From contig MNUT01000024.1 in assembly GCA_001871165.1 (NCBI GenBank), forward strand, positions 1 through 57,827: a stretch of DNA of 57,827 nucleotides, read 5' to 3'. The DNA is from Candidatus Falkowbacteria bacterium CG1_02_37_21. GTDB taxonomy: Bacteria; Patescibacteriota; Patescibacteriia; Patescibacteriales; UBA12465. Positions 46,901 through 55,533 of the stretch are shown here, piece by piece (position 1 is the first letter of the stretch; every line of letters starts with the position of its first letter). The translations under genes and the position numbers were made by a program. Under the pieces are notes generated by a model. It had not been told where the DNA came from. It saw nothing but the letters and a program-made list of their open reading frames with translations, and searched no databases.

Positions 46901-47357
46901 CGGCGCTGATAACGGTTGTGGTGTAGCTTGTCCATCTACGGCTACTAACACTTTTTGTACTAGTAGTTATTCGGAAGATTGTTCTACTTATTTAAATTGG
47001 CCACCGGAAAGTTTTAGCGGTAATGTGGTTTGTAATAGTTCTTGTTCCGCTTATGATACTTCCGGTTGTGATGCCTCAGGATCATATTGGTACCAGGTAC
47101 CGGCGTCGGAAGATAGATATTTAACTGTAGGCACTGATTGTATGGTGAGGCTAAACGTTGATGCTAATAATAATATTGAATGTATTATGAAGGATAATCC
47201 TAATAGTTCGTCTCAGTGGTTTCAGGGCGTCATCGCTATTAGTGTAAATACAAAAATTTGCGCCGTACCGGGTTGCGCTACAGCAGTGAACACTACTAAA
47301 TGTAGGTATTTTAGTGGCGTTTGGACCAACCACTGTTTCGTTCATAAAACTTGGTAA
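43947..47357 (+). CDS. Giant secreted Cys-rich protein C with an internal pilin-headgroup-like segment, cadherin-like/He_PIG-like Ig domains and C-terminal Cys-repeat modules
   Basis: 1136 aa. Signal peptide MHMKGIKKIAMMMGLILVLSFLVVAHNSDA/QD. ITRDIKRVGRLEEIRGALYNFKQTNKRYP is pilin-like. SAPSIVSQSLGAEAHQPFNGYIQATDAEGDLLTWSI and GLPNGLSQDLGVITGAP are Ig-like. Confidence 0.8.
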   Translation: MHMKGIKKIAMMMGLILVLSFLVVAHNSDAQDNSPDAIAIRIIPNPNHYSISRWYTSQNFTGSPQALTVDGYEAIRDGRTVYVNAANIDPTSRTIYTNIYLISYNQESEAKTVDILGQIISHWKFNDNIIENNSPAPSCSISSLNCKSDSDCGSGQSCALAGPLAGSCVLNNLKNCSADSDCPANFFCDGLKAKITRDIKRVGRLEEIRGALYNFKQTNKRYPTLLAGTYLTNNSLSVWPSWKQVLLSDLAVSNSFVDPINKLGKCVIDLVVKNGRDYSATTAACNLNSGVTTASCNNATWDYNFQMNGGDYRLWVETANNNTGGIYGDLSSAPALFAFGENFCPEPGIQHHLLVYVDNVLKGSACNPAVNPNESRQTAYVDLGHLDAGSHSVRIKWDNDWQYNPDGVWGNADDADSNLKIYRLGLTTSDSFDIETCWDQNSKSFAYSSVNGPLTLPPDSYAFAYVSDSEGSDYSLCATLESRSPSLAYSFGPFDLADSACAFASGVSVGGQAGNSAPSIVSQSLGAEAHQPFNGYIQATDAEGDLLTWSILNSSPGTWSSWQSPSGQNQPPVLQDTSNPYQKKVYAPFAGDPGTYSLRLSINDGQGGILSTTTPITIISPSISLSAENTEYALDSGSSFSYVISFASNSLNNPSTAYSVQKTAGPLDILAGLTKSFINLGNGQYQVKYDGDISPATVNNDTVFAYKFSVTDSYNKTATKNFNVTLKVASVPSLNFSCVDMIRVGEQYSCILGPTMQGESEINYVASGLPNGLSQDLGVITGAPNSSAPGIYTVNVTAANSFGAVITKSFSLKVNNFCGDGIRQQPNTEGRGGPANNGQESCDGSSGVTTSPTASRVNLQYACNSSLCIYKSPINGGGYCGDGYCQLRINGQDVENHSNCSVDCDAASLPCTPSCVGKCFGASDGCTGTCPDNGANSACTSGESIFCSDLVGPGYAGSALCKSDCSGFDINSCGACNPSCTGVCAGADNGCGVACPSTATNTFCTSSYSEDCSTYLNWPPESFSGNVVCNSSCSAYDTSGCDASGSYWYQVPASEDRYLTVGTDCMVRLNVDANNNIECIMKDNPNSSSQWFQGVIAISVNTKICAVPGCATAVNTTKCRYFSGVWTNHCFVHKTW
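46677..47066 (+). repeat. Tandem in-frame 195-nt (65-aa) Cys-rich coding repeat, 2 copies
   Basis: CTPSCVGKCFGASDGCTGTCPDNGANSACTS...CSGFDINSCGA aligns with CNPSCTGVCAGADNGCGVACPSTATNTFCTS...CSAYDTSGCDA. Confidence 0.7.
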
Positions 47358-47371
47358 TAATTATTATATTT

Positions 47372-47698
47372 ATGAATAAAAAAAATCAAAAAATTATAAC
47401 AATTGCTGTCTTGACTCTAATTTTAATTATTACTATCGTTCTGGTGCTTCGTCTAAAAAACGATCCAGCTACTTCTGACGGCACAGCAGGAATTATTACC
47501 TCCACTACGCCCCAGTTTCTTAGTGAGCAAGAGAAGCTTGATATGGGGATTAACACTAAAGATCAAGTTCAAATCTTTCGTGATGCTAGCGGTGATAATA
47601 TTGTTTATAAAATTATTAGAACAAAAGATGATATTGTTTCTGACCCGGCCACAGTGACCGCTATTAACCCTCCGCAAAAATTGCCGATAAATGAATAA
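47372..47698 (+). CDS. Small single-pass membrane protein
   Basis: 108 aa from the ATG at 47372 (MNKKNQK); the track's TTG at 47351 overlaps the upstream gene. One TM helix: IITIAVLTLILIITIVLVL. Confidence 0.6.
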   Translation: MNKKNQKIITIAVLTLILIITIVLVLRLKNDPATSDGTAGIITSTTPQFLSEQEKLDMGINTKDQVQIFRDASGDNIVYKIIRTKDDIVSDPATVTAINPPQKLPINE

Positions 47699-47749
47699 TC
47701 AGCTATAATTAAAATATTAATAATTAATAGACAATAAAAAGATAATTAT

Positions 47750-48490
47750 ATGTTTAATGATTTAAATAATAATAAGCCAAATAATCCTCCGGTTGATGAT
47801 ATTTTTGCTGAAACCGATAAGACTTCCTCAGCTCCGCTCGGCGCTACTTCAGATATTTCTGCACAAAAAGTTGGTTTGGATGCGGAAGAAAATTTACCGA
47901 CTAGTGAGGCAGAGGAGACTCCAGCTTCTGGTGGTGATAAATGGTTTAAAATAACTATCATAGTAATTATTGTTTTAATTTTAGCTTTGGGCGCCTACTT
48001 ACTTTATAGGAAATTTGTACCAATGCCGTCCGCTGAAGTTGCCATGACGACTGATAATACTATAATCCCGGCTGATAATACAGCGACAGATATTCCCAAT
48101 GACCTGGCGCCTGAAGTTCCTATTGAAAATACCGATATAAATCAGGACGCTATAAATACCGATTTAAATAATGCTGACGTTATTGATCAGATTGATAATA
48201 CTATTGACCCAAATAACGATATTCCTACCTCTACCGTACCGGTAGTCCCAGTTGACTCTGATTCTGACGGCTTGACTGATGCGGAAGAAGCCGTAGTTGG
48301 TACCAACCCCTTAATAGCTGATACGGATAGCGATGAATTAGGGGACTATGAAGAAGTAAAAATTTATCAGACCAATCCTCTAAATCCGGATACGGACGGT
48401 GATGGTTATTCCGATGGTGCGGAAGTTAAGTCGGGCTATAATCCTAATGGTCCGGGAAAATTATCCGACCTTGAACAGCCGGTGCAATAA
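47750..48490 (+). CDS. Single-pass membrane protein with thrombospondin-type-3-like Ca-binding repeats
   Basis: 246 aa. Acidic N-terminal tail, TM helix WFKITIIVIIVLILALGAYLLY, D/N-rich region, then DSDSDGLTDAEE, DTDSDELGDYEE and DTDGDGYSDGAE. Confidence 0.75.
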   Translation: MFNDLNNNKPNNPPVDDIFAETDKTSSAPLGATSDISAQKVGLDAEENLPTSEAEETPASGGDKWFKITIIVIIVLILALGAYLLYRKFVPMPSAEVAMTTDNTIIPADNTATDIPNDLAPEVPIENTDINQDAINTDLNNADVIDQIDNTIDPNNDIPTSTVPVVPVDSDSDGLTDAEEAVVGTNPLIADTDSDELGDYEEVKIYQTNPLNPDTDGDGYSDGAEVKSGYNPNGPGKLSDLEQPVQ

Positions 48491-48493
48491 TTT

Positions 48494-48685
48494 ATGTTAG
48501 ATGATAATTTTAACAAAAAACAAGTACCTCGGCCGCGGACGATCCCCTCTAAAATTAAACAGCATCTTTCCTTAAATCTTCATATTATGCCTCAAACTGG
48601 AAGTAGCCATTTTCAAAAATGGTTATTTTTAGCTTTTCTGCTCTTTGCTCTATTGGTTATAATGGCAATTTTGATTTTTTGGTAA
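48494..48685 (+). CDS. Small C-terminally anchored membrane protein
   Basis: 63 aa. Basic N-terminus and C-terminal TM helix WLFLAFLLFALLVIMAILIFW. It starts 3 nt after the upstream stop. Confidence 0.5.
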   Translation: MLDDNFNKKQVPRPRTIPSKIKQHLSLNLHIMPQTGSSHFQKWLFLAFLLFALLVIMAILIFW

Positions 48686-48706
48686 TAGTTTATTCTTGAT
48701 TACTTT

Positions 48707-49816
48707 ATGTTTAATAGTCAGAAAAAAAATAAATCAGATTCTACGGTTAATGATAATATTACCGCGGCTGTTAATCAGGATTTAATTATTCATAATATGC
48801 CTCGGGGGGTTCGATTAAGTGGAACCATTGCTCGTGGCGTGAATACTCCAGCTTTTCATGGCATTGAGTCAGATAACTCATCATTCTCTCAGTCGTCTGT
48901 CTCTAATAATTCTGTATCGCCGACAGGCACTTTAAACGAAAAATCTCCAGCAAATTTTAAAATTGTAGGCTGGTTGATTATGATGGGAGGTCTTATTTTT
49001 ATTGGAATATTAGTATATTTATCTTATATTTTTATTATTAAACCAGTAGCCTCTATTCCGGCAGAAGATGCTAATATTATTGTTCCCGATATTTCTGTAG
49101 ATGATACTGGTGAGAACATAGCAACTAGTGCTGACCCCATAATGGATATAATCAGTACCACTACGGATTTGAATCAGGATATTTCTCTGGAGGGCTCAAC
49201 CAGTACGGAAGTCGTTGCTACCGGAACCGAACCGATTATGGACATTGCCCCGCTCTTACCGATTTTACTTGACAGCGACGGCGACGGTCTGAGTGATCAA
49301 GAGGAATTAGTTTTTGGTACCTCCGCTACCTCGGCAGACTCCGACAACGATACTTATTCCGATAGTATGGAGATTAGTGGTGGTTATAATCCGATTGGCA
49401 CTGGGTTTCTGATTGATAACGACAAACTCCAGTTAAATTCTTATAGTGGTGATGGTTTTAGATATTCCATATTATCTCCTAAAGATTGGACGATTCAGGA
49501 TTCAGCTAATGGCACTACAATATTTTTTATTGCCCCTGATGAATCTTTTATCCAAGTTGTAGTAACGCCTAATTATAATAAAGCTAGTATTTTAAACTGG
49601 TATAGCGAATCTTTCCCCGGACAGTCTTTGACTTATAATGATGTTAAGACGACTGCGACTTGGGAAGGTACCCAGAGTTCGGATGGGAAAAATGTTTATT
49701 TGACTGATAATCGTTATGATAATGTTTTAGTTATTTCTTATATACCGGTTATTAGTGATCAGGTTCTTTATCCTGCCGTTTTTCAAATGATGATAAATTC
49801 TTTGATTCTGGAATAA
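48707..49816 (+). CDS. Single-pass membrane protein with TSP3-like repeats and a C-terminal globular domain
   Basis: 369 aa with the same architecture as 47750..48490, including the MFN start. TM helix FKIVGWLIMMGGLIFIGILVYLSYIFII. Repeats DSDGDGLSDQEE and DSDNDTYSDSME, followed by a C-terminal beta-rich domain of about 130 aa. Confidence 0.75.
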   Translation: MFNSQKKNKSDSTVNDNITAAVNQDLIIHNMPRGVRLSGTIARGVNTPAFHGIESDNSSFSQSSVSNNSVSPTGTLNEKSPANFKIVGWLIMMGGLIFIGILVYLSYIFIIKPVASIPAEDANIIVPDISVDDTGENIATSADPIMDIISTTTDLNQDISLEGSTSTEVVATGTEPIMDIAPLLPILLDSDGDGLSDQEELVFGTSATSADSDNDTYSDSMEISGGYNPIGTGFLIDNDKLQLNSYSGDGFRYSILSPKDWTIQDSANGTTIFFIAPDESFIQVVVTPNYNKASILNWYSESFPGQSLTYNDVKTTATWEGTQSSDGKNVYLTDNRYDNVLVISYIPVISDQVLYPAVFQMMINSLILE

Positions 49817-49858
49817 CTCCGCGTTTATTATTATGCTGGGATTAGATTATTTAATAGC

Positions 49859-49886
49859 AAAAACTCCCTATAACAGGGAGTTTTTT
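49859..49886. terminator. Bidirectional intrinsic terminator closing the surface-protein locus and clpP
   Basis: The stem ctccct/agggag has a 5-nt loop, an A5 run upstream and a T6 run downstream. Confidence 0.75.
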
Positions 49887-49914
49887 ATCAAAATAATTTT
49901 TTGTTAGTGGTGAT

Positions 49915-50496
49915 TTATTTCTTACCGATAACCTTATCAATCAAACCATACTTTAGAGCCTCTTCCGCCGTCATAAAATTATCACGGTCGCTGTCCTTTT
50001 CTACGGTAGTAATTTTTTGACCGCTATGGAGAGCTAAAATTTTATTCATGCGATCTTTGATTTTTAAAATATGTTCGGCTCGAATTTTAATATCTGAGGC
50101 TTGACCCTCCGCTCCGCCCATAACTTGATGAATCATAACTTCGCTGTTCGGCAAAGCAAAACGCTTGCCTTTTTTACCGGCCGCGAGTAGAACTGAAGCC
50201 ATAGAAGCGGCTAAGCCCACACAAATAGTGGATACATCAGATTTAATATATTGCATTGTATCATAAATTGCTAAACCGGATGAGACCGAACCGCCCGGTG
50301 AATTTATGTAAAATTTAATATCGGCATCTTTATTTTCCGCGTCCAAGAAGAGAAATTGGGCAATAACAATATTGGCGACATGATCATCAATCGCTTCGCC
50401 TAGGAAAATAATTCTATCGCGCAAGAGACGAGAATAGATATCATAAGCTCGCTCAGTTTGACCTTCTTTCTCAATGACAGTTGGTATTAGAGGCAT
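49915..50496 (-). CDS. clpP: ATP-dependent Clp protease proteolytic subunit
   Basis: 193 aa. [11 protein letters not shown] (catalytic Ser), MIHQ (His) and DRDNFM (Asp). Confidence 0.95.
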   Translation of the reverse strand: MPLIPTVIEKEGQTERAYDIYSRLLRDRIIFLGEAIDDHVANIVIAQFLFLDAENKDADIKFYINSPGGSVSSGLAIYDTMQYIKSDVSTICVGLAASMASVLLAAGKKGKRFALPNSEVMIHQVMGGAEGQASDIKIRAEHILKIKDRMNKILALHSGQKITTVEKDSDRDNFMTAEEALKYGLIDKVIGKK

Positions 50497-50644
50497 ATTT
50501 ATTTAATATTATTTTATTATTATAGGGTGAAAAGAGCTTTTTGTAAAGATTTCCCCTTGATTTTTCTAAATACTTATTCTAATATAACTCCAGTAAGCAA
50601 AATTGGCTTGAAGTAGACGTTTTAATATTGTATATATAATCAAT

Positions 50645-52207
50645 ATGTCATTAATGGAAAATTTTTCCCGATTGTCCGCTCGGACTAAGGCCTGGTGGAT
50701 ATTAGGGCTTATTATAGTTTTTACCGTCATGGTTGGTGTGGCTTCCGGCGGTAATATATATAACTCTGTGGTCAATAAATTGGCGGAAAAGACCAATAAT
50801 ATTGTAGTTTTGCCCCATGCCACTGAAATCCCCTTTACTTTAGGCTTAGATTTGCAGGGAGGAGCACATTTGGTTTATCAGGCTGATGTAGAAAATATTC
50901 CCTCTGCCGATCGCGATAATGCTTTAGCTTCGGTTCGTGATGTGATTGAGCGTCGCGTTAATGCTTTTGGCGTTAGTGAGCCAATTGTTCAAGTTAATAA
51001 AACTTTAGACGGACAATATCGTATTATTGCGGAATTAGCCGGTGTTAAGGACGTAAAAGAGGCTATTAAAATGATTGGTGAAACTCCGACTTTAGAATTT
51101 AAAGAACAGGAAGTCGCTGCTGTGGAAGTATCAGCTACTAGCTCGGTGGTTACTTCTACCGCTATTGATCTTAATACTGGCTGGAAAAATACGGAATTAA
51201 CCGGTAAATATTTAAAACGCGCTTCCGTTCAGTTTAATCCTAATGATGGTTCTCCGGAAGTATCTTTGGAATTTGATAGTGAAGGGGCACAACTATTTGA
51301 AGATATCACCGCTCGTAATGTTGGTAAGCCAGTAGCTATCTTTTTAGATGGCTACCCAATTAACACACCGAATGTAAATGAAAAAATTACAGGCGGACAA
51401 GCTTCTATTTCCGGTAATTTTAATATTGAGGAAGCCAAACTCTTGGTGACACGTCTCAATTCTGGTGCTTTACCGGTACCGATTAACTTAATTTCTCAGA
51501 AAACCGTGGAGGCTAGTCTAGGAGCCGTGTCTATCAATAACAGTTTACAGGCTGCTCTTATCGGCTTGCTTCTTGTGTCTTTATTCATGATTCTGTACTA
51601 TCGTTTACCTGGCTTACTCGCAGTAGTCTCTCTAGCTGTTTATGGTCTGACTATTCTGGCAATTTTTAAAACCTTGCCGTTGTGGTTGGCCTTAATATTA
51701 ATGATTGTGATTATTGGTCTGATATTTTATATTTTTAGTGAAATGAAGGTCTTTAATGGTCTCTTAGCATTACTATTTATAGTCCTTGGCTCATTACTTT
51801 TCTTCTTTGCTTTAAAGCCGATTACTTTATCTCTGGCCGGTATAGCGGGCTTTATCTTATCTATCGGAATGGCGGTTGATGCTCATATTTTGATTTTTGC
51901 CCGTACCCGAGAAGAAATTAAGGCCGGTAAATCAATTAGTCAGGCGGTTGACGAAGGTTGGCGACGAGCTTGGCCTTCTATTCGCGATGGCCATATTTCC
52001 ACTATTTTTACTTGTTTAATTTTGATGTTTTTTGGAACCTCCTCTATTCAGGGTTTCGGGACAACTTTGTTTATCGGTGTAGTCATTTCTATCTTTAGTG
52101 CTATGGTTGTCACTCATATTTTACTTATCATTGTCTTGGGGTCTTGGTCTAATCGCCGTTGGCTCTTAGGCGCTAGTCCCGTTGTGACGGAAAAAACTAA
52201 TAACTAA
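50645..52207 (+). CDS. secD: Protein translocase subunit SecD
   Basis: 520 aa. LGLDLQGGAHLVY, a periplasmic P1 domain and a C-terminal 6-TM bundle. Confidence 0.9.
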   Translation: MSLMENFSRLSARTKAWWILGLIIVFTVMVGVASGGNIYNSVVNKLAEKTNNIVVLPHATEIPFTLGLDLQGGAHLVYQADVENIPSADRDNALASVRDVIERRVNAFGVSEPIVQVNKTLDGQYRIIAELAGVKDVKEAIKMIGETPTLEFKEQEVAAVEVSATSSVVTSTAIDLNTGWKNTELTGKYLKRASVQFNPNDGSPEVSLEFDSEGAQLFEDITARNVGKPVAIFLDGYPINTPNVNEKITGGQASISGNFNIEEAKLLVTRLNSGALPVPINLISQKTVEASLGAVSINNSLQAALIGLLLVSLFMILYYRLPGLLAVVSLAVYGLTILAIFKTLPLWLALILMIVIIGLIFYIFSEMKVFNGLLALLFIVLGSLLFFFALKPITLSLAGIAGFILSIGMAVDAHILIFARTREEIKAGKSISQAVDEGWRRAWPSIRDGHISTIFTCLILMFFGTSSIQGFGTTLFIGVVISIFSAMVVTHILLIIVLGSWSNRRWLLGASPVVTEKTNN

Positions 52208-52211
52208 TTTT

Positions 52212-53117
52212 ATGATACGTATCATTCAAAGTCGCAAGATCTTTTTATCTTTCGCAGCCATAGCGCTCGCTGTTGCCATTTACGCTTTAGTGGCCTGGGG
52301 TTTGCGTCTCGGGCTAGATTTTACCGGAGGTAGTTTACTTGAAGTTAGTTATACTAATTATCAGCCGAGTTTAACCGAGGTCCAGGGTGCTTTAAGTAGT
52401 ACTGACTTATCGGGAATTGTTGTTCAGCCGACAGCTGATTCCGTTTTGATTCGTTTTCAAGAAAATACGGAAGAAGCTCATCAAGCGGCGGTAACGGGTT
52501 TGCAAGAATTAGCGACCGGGAAGGATGGAGTTGAATTTAAAGAGCTACAATTTGAGTCGGTTGGTCCCTCTATCGGTCAAGAATTAAAACAAAAATCTTT
52601 TAACGCCATCGCTCTGGCGTTAATTATGATTATTCTTTATATTACTCTTACTTTTCGGAAAGTTTCCCGGCCGGTCGCTTCTTGGAAATTTGGTTTGGTA
52701 GCTATTAGTGCCTTGGCTTATAATATTATCTTTACTTTGGGAGCTTTTGCGGCTTTGGGACATTTTCAGGGCGTGGAGATTAATACTCCGTTTATTGCGG
52801 CTCTTCTGACCATTATCGGTTATGATATTAATGATACGATTATCGTCTTTGATCGTATTAGAGAGAATTTACCTAAGAGCCAGGAAAATTTTGAAGATAC
52901 GGTTAATCGGAGCGTCAATCAAACTTTATCTCGTTCTATTAATACCTCCTTTACTGTTCTCTTAGCTTTATTTGCAATTTTCTTCTTTGGCGGAGCCAGT
53001 ATTCGTGACTTTACTTTAGCGATGATTATCGGAGTCACGGTCGGCGCTTATACTTCAATTTTCTTCGCCAGCCCAATTCTCGTGATGTGGGACAACTTTT
53101 CCCGTCGTCAAAAATAA
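52212..53117 (+). CDS. secF: Protein translocase subunit SecF
   Basis: 301 aa with LGLDFTGGSLLEV and a 6-TM bundle. It starts 4 nt after secD. Confidence 0.9.
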   Translation: MIRIIQSRKIFLSFAAIALAVAIYALVAWGLRLGLDFTGGSLLEVSYTNYQPSLTEVQGALSSTDLSGIVVQPTADSVLIRFQENTEEAHQAAVTGLQELATGKDGVEFKELQFESVGPSIGQELKQKSFNAIALALIMIILYITLTFRKVSRPVASWKFGLVAISALAYNIIFTLGAFAALGHFQGVEINTPFIAALLTIIGYDINDTIIVFDRIRENLPKSQENFEDTVNRSVNQTLSRSINTSFTVLLALFAIFFFGGASIRDFTLAMIIGVTVGAYTSIFFASPILVMWDNFSRRQK

Positions 53118-53139
53118 TTAGAGCTCATCAAATAAGTTA

Positions 53140-53166
53140 AAAAAGCGCTGTGGTCGGCGCTTTTTT
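53140..53166 (+). terminator. Intrinsic terminator after secF
   Basis: The stem gcgctg/cggcgc (6 bp, one G-U pair) has a 4-nt loop and is followed by T6. Confidence 0.6.
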
Positions 53167-53170
53167 ATTT

Positions 53171-53179
53171 TGCTATAAT
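53171..53179 (+). promoter_or_regulatory. Extended -10 element (TGCTATAAT) positioned for a leaderless transcript
   Basis: The TATAAT ends at 53179 and the ATG begins at 53186 (6-nt gap), so the expected transcription start coincides with the start codon. Confidence 0.55.
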
Positions 53180-53185
53180 TAGAAT

Positions 53186-55525
53186 ATGGCATTACAACAA
53201 TTCTCAAAAAAATGGTCGGGGCGGGAAGTTCTTGATCTCTTAATTGAAACCGTTTATTTATCGGTTATTTTTTTAATACCCTTATGGTTTGCTTATCTTT
53301 TCCCAACTTATAGTATTTTTGAACTTAATAAAAGTATTTTATTTAAAATTCTAGTTTGGTCGCTGTTATTTCTTACGGTCGTAAAAATTATTCTTTATTA
53401 TCCGGCTTGGAATTTTTTATTTAAACTGTTAAAAAAATATTGGCTAGTTCCCGCCTTATTGGTAGCCGGTGGGGCTTTAAGCTTATTAAATTCTCTTAAC
53501 CCCGTTCTTAGTTTTTTGGGTACGCCGGAAAGGCAGGGTGGTTTATCTAATTATTTTTTATATTTTTTATGGTTTGTCTTATTGTCTTTCAATATTCTGA
53601 CGGTTAATAATAATCGTCGACGTGACGGAGTGGTGCCCTTTAAGGATAATTGGCACCGAGTGGTTATAGTAATGGTTTTTTCTAGTTTTTTGGTAGCCCT
53701 TTATGCTATTTTACAAATTTTGCATATAGATTTTCTGACTTGGCCGGAGCCGCCTTATCTGACCGGACGCGCCTTATCAACTTTTGGACAGCCTAATTTT
53801 TTAGCATCTTGGCTTTTAATGGTGATGCCTTTAGGCGTCTATTTATTTATATCTGAGACCTTGACTTGGCGGCGTCTAAGCTGGGTTTTAGTTATCTTAG
53901 TACAATTTTTTGGCTTGTTGGCCAGTGGCAGTCGGGGCGCTTTAGGGGCCTTACTTCTCACTATTTTTCTGTGGTTAGTTTATTTATTAATTTCATCAGC
54001 CTGGTCACGGCGTAACAAAATTATAGCGGTAGTGATATTTATTTTTTTTAGTTTAGGGGCTGCCGGATTTTTAAATTATATTTCTTATGGTCGCCTGCAG
54101 GAATTAAAAAATTTAGACTATGGTTCCCTGGGAGCACGTCGTAATTTTTATAGTTCTGCTCTTAGAGCTATTTCTGACCGCCCTTGGCTTGGTTATGGCC
54201 CTGAGTCCGGCTCGGAAGTTTTTATTAGATATTATTGGCGTGATTGGGCTTTATATGGCAACGTTGGTCAGTCGGCCGATCGCGCTCATAATATTATTTT
54301 AGACGAACTTTTAAGTGGTGGTTTAGTCGGTTTGTTATTAACCTTAGTTTTGTATTATTTATTTTTTCGTCTGGCTTGGCAGAATATAAAAAACAAGCGT
54401 GAACCCGACCTATCTTTAGCCTTATCTTTAGGTTTAGTTGCTTATTTATTATCTTTACTCTTAAGTTTTAAAATTGTCGCTGCGGAAGTTTATTTTTGGT
54501 CTTTTTGGGCGCTCTTAGTTGTGCTAAATTTTTATGGTGGTAAGTCTGCGATGATGACTTTTTCTCCCCCAATTGTTAAAAAACGATTTTTAAAAATAAT
54601 TTTTTCCGTAACAATAGTTATAGCCTTGGCCGCTTTTGTGATTTGGCGTATTGGACGCTTGGCACAAATTATCGTAGCCGATTATTATTTTAATACCGTT
54701 TATAAGGTTTTGCCTGGTCATGATTATTTCACAATTTTGGAATTGTCGTCCTATGAGCAAGAACAAAATACCAATTCGGCCAATCAAGAGACTTATGATT
54801 ATTTGTTAGCTTCTAGTCTTAATGATTTATACCCGACTATTAATGAGTTGGCGCCACGGAGCGCGGTCAGAGATTATTTGATCGGTGTTGATAATTATTT
54901 ACCGGCTCGGGGTTATAAAAATTTGTTTATTAAAGGAAAAATTAATTTGACCCTAGGTAATTTTTCTTTAGCCGAACTTTATTTGAATCAAGTATCAACC
55001 TTATCCCCGCATTGGCCCTTAGTTATCATAGAAGAGGGAAACCTGGCTATGGCTCGGGGCGACAACACTCAAGCTTTAGCTCGGTATAATTTAGCTTTGA
55101 CTAATTTACCGAATATAATTAACACCAATTTACCGGTTGAGCATTTGGCGGCAGTCTTGAAATATCAATATTTAATCAATAAAAACATGGCTGCCGTTTA
55201 TGACGCCAAAAAAGAATATGATCAGGCGGAAAAGTATTATCAGGCTTCTTACGCCAGTAATCCCGATGACTTTACTTTATTGAAAAAGATTGCCGATACT
55301 TATTATTATCGTGGTGATTTAGTTACCGCTATTCAATACAATCAACATGGTTTTAGTCGTAGCCCCGCTGACTATAATTGGCCCTTAGCTTTAGCGGCCT
55401 TATATTATGAGCAAGGCGATAATACCCAAGGGGACGTTTATTTACAAAAGGCACGGATGTTGGCGCCGGCGAGTGCTCAAGAACAACTAAACAATCTCGC
55501 TCAACATTATCAACAAACTAATTAA
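53186..55525 (+). CDS. Wzy_C (O-antigen ligase / O-oligosaccharyltransferase)-like polytopic membrane protein with a C-terminal TPR domain
   Basis: 779 aa. About 12 TM helices, with GSRGALGALLL in a Wzy_C-like loop. The C-terminal 250 aa contain TPR-like repeats (AMARGDNTQALARYNLAL; YDQAEKYYQASYASNPDD). Confidence 0.75.
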   Translation: MALQQFSKKWSGREVLDLLIETVYLSVIFLIPLWFAYLFPTYSIFELNKSILFKILVWSLLFLTVVKIILYYPAWNFLFKLLKKYWLVPALLVAGGALSLLNSLNPVLSFLGTPERQGGLSNYFLYFLWFVLLSFNILTVNNNRRRDGVVPFKDNWHRVVIVMVFSSFLVALYAILQILHIDFLTWPEPPYLTGRALSTFGQPNFLASWLLMVMPLGVYLFISETLTWRRLSWVLVILVQFFGLLASGSRGALGALLLTIFLWLVYLLISSAWSRRNKIIAVVIFIFFSLGAAGFLNYISYGRLQELKNLDYGSLGARRNFYSSALRAISDRPWLGYGPESGSEVFIRYYWRDWALYGNVGQSADRAHNIILDELLSGGLVGLLLTLVLYYLFFRLAWQNIKNKREPDLSLALSLGLVAYLLSLLLSFKIVAAEVYFWSFWALLVVLNFYGGKSAMMTFSPPIVKKRFLKIIFSVTIVIALAAFVIWRIGRLAQIIVADYYFNTVYKVLPGHDYFTILELSSYEQEQNTNSANQETYDYLLASSLNDLYPTINELAPRSAVRDYLIGVDNYLPARGYKNLFIKGKINLTLGNFSLAELYLNQVSTLSPHWPLVIIEEGNLAMARGDNTQALARYNLALTNLPNIINTNLPVEHLAAVLKYQYLINKNMAAVYDAKKEYDQAEKYYQASYASNPDDFTLLKKIADTYYYRGDLVTAIQYNQHGFSRSPADYNWPLALAALYYEQGDNTQGDVYLQKARMLAPASAQEQLNNLAQHYQQTN

Positions 55526-55533
55526 TTTTTATT

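Noticed and set aside
36245-47357. Diversity-generating retroelement (template/variable repeat pair) targeting the giant surface proteins
   Set aside because: - No reverse transcriptase gene is present in the window.
- The repeats I found are in-frame tandem domain duplications, not a non-coding template with adenine-specific mismatches.
- A DGR elsewhere in the genome cannot be excluded.
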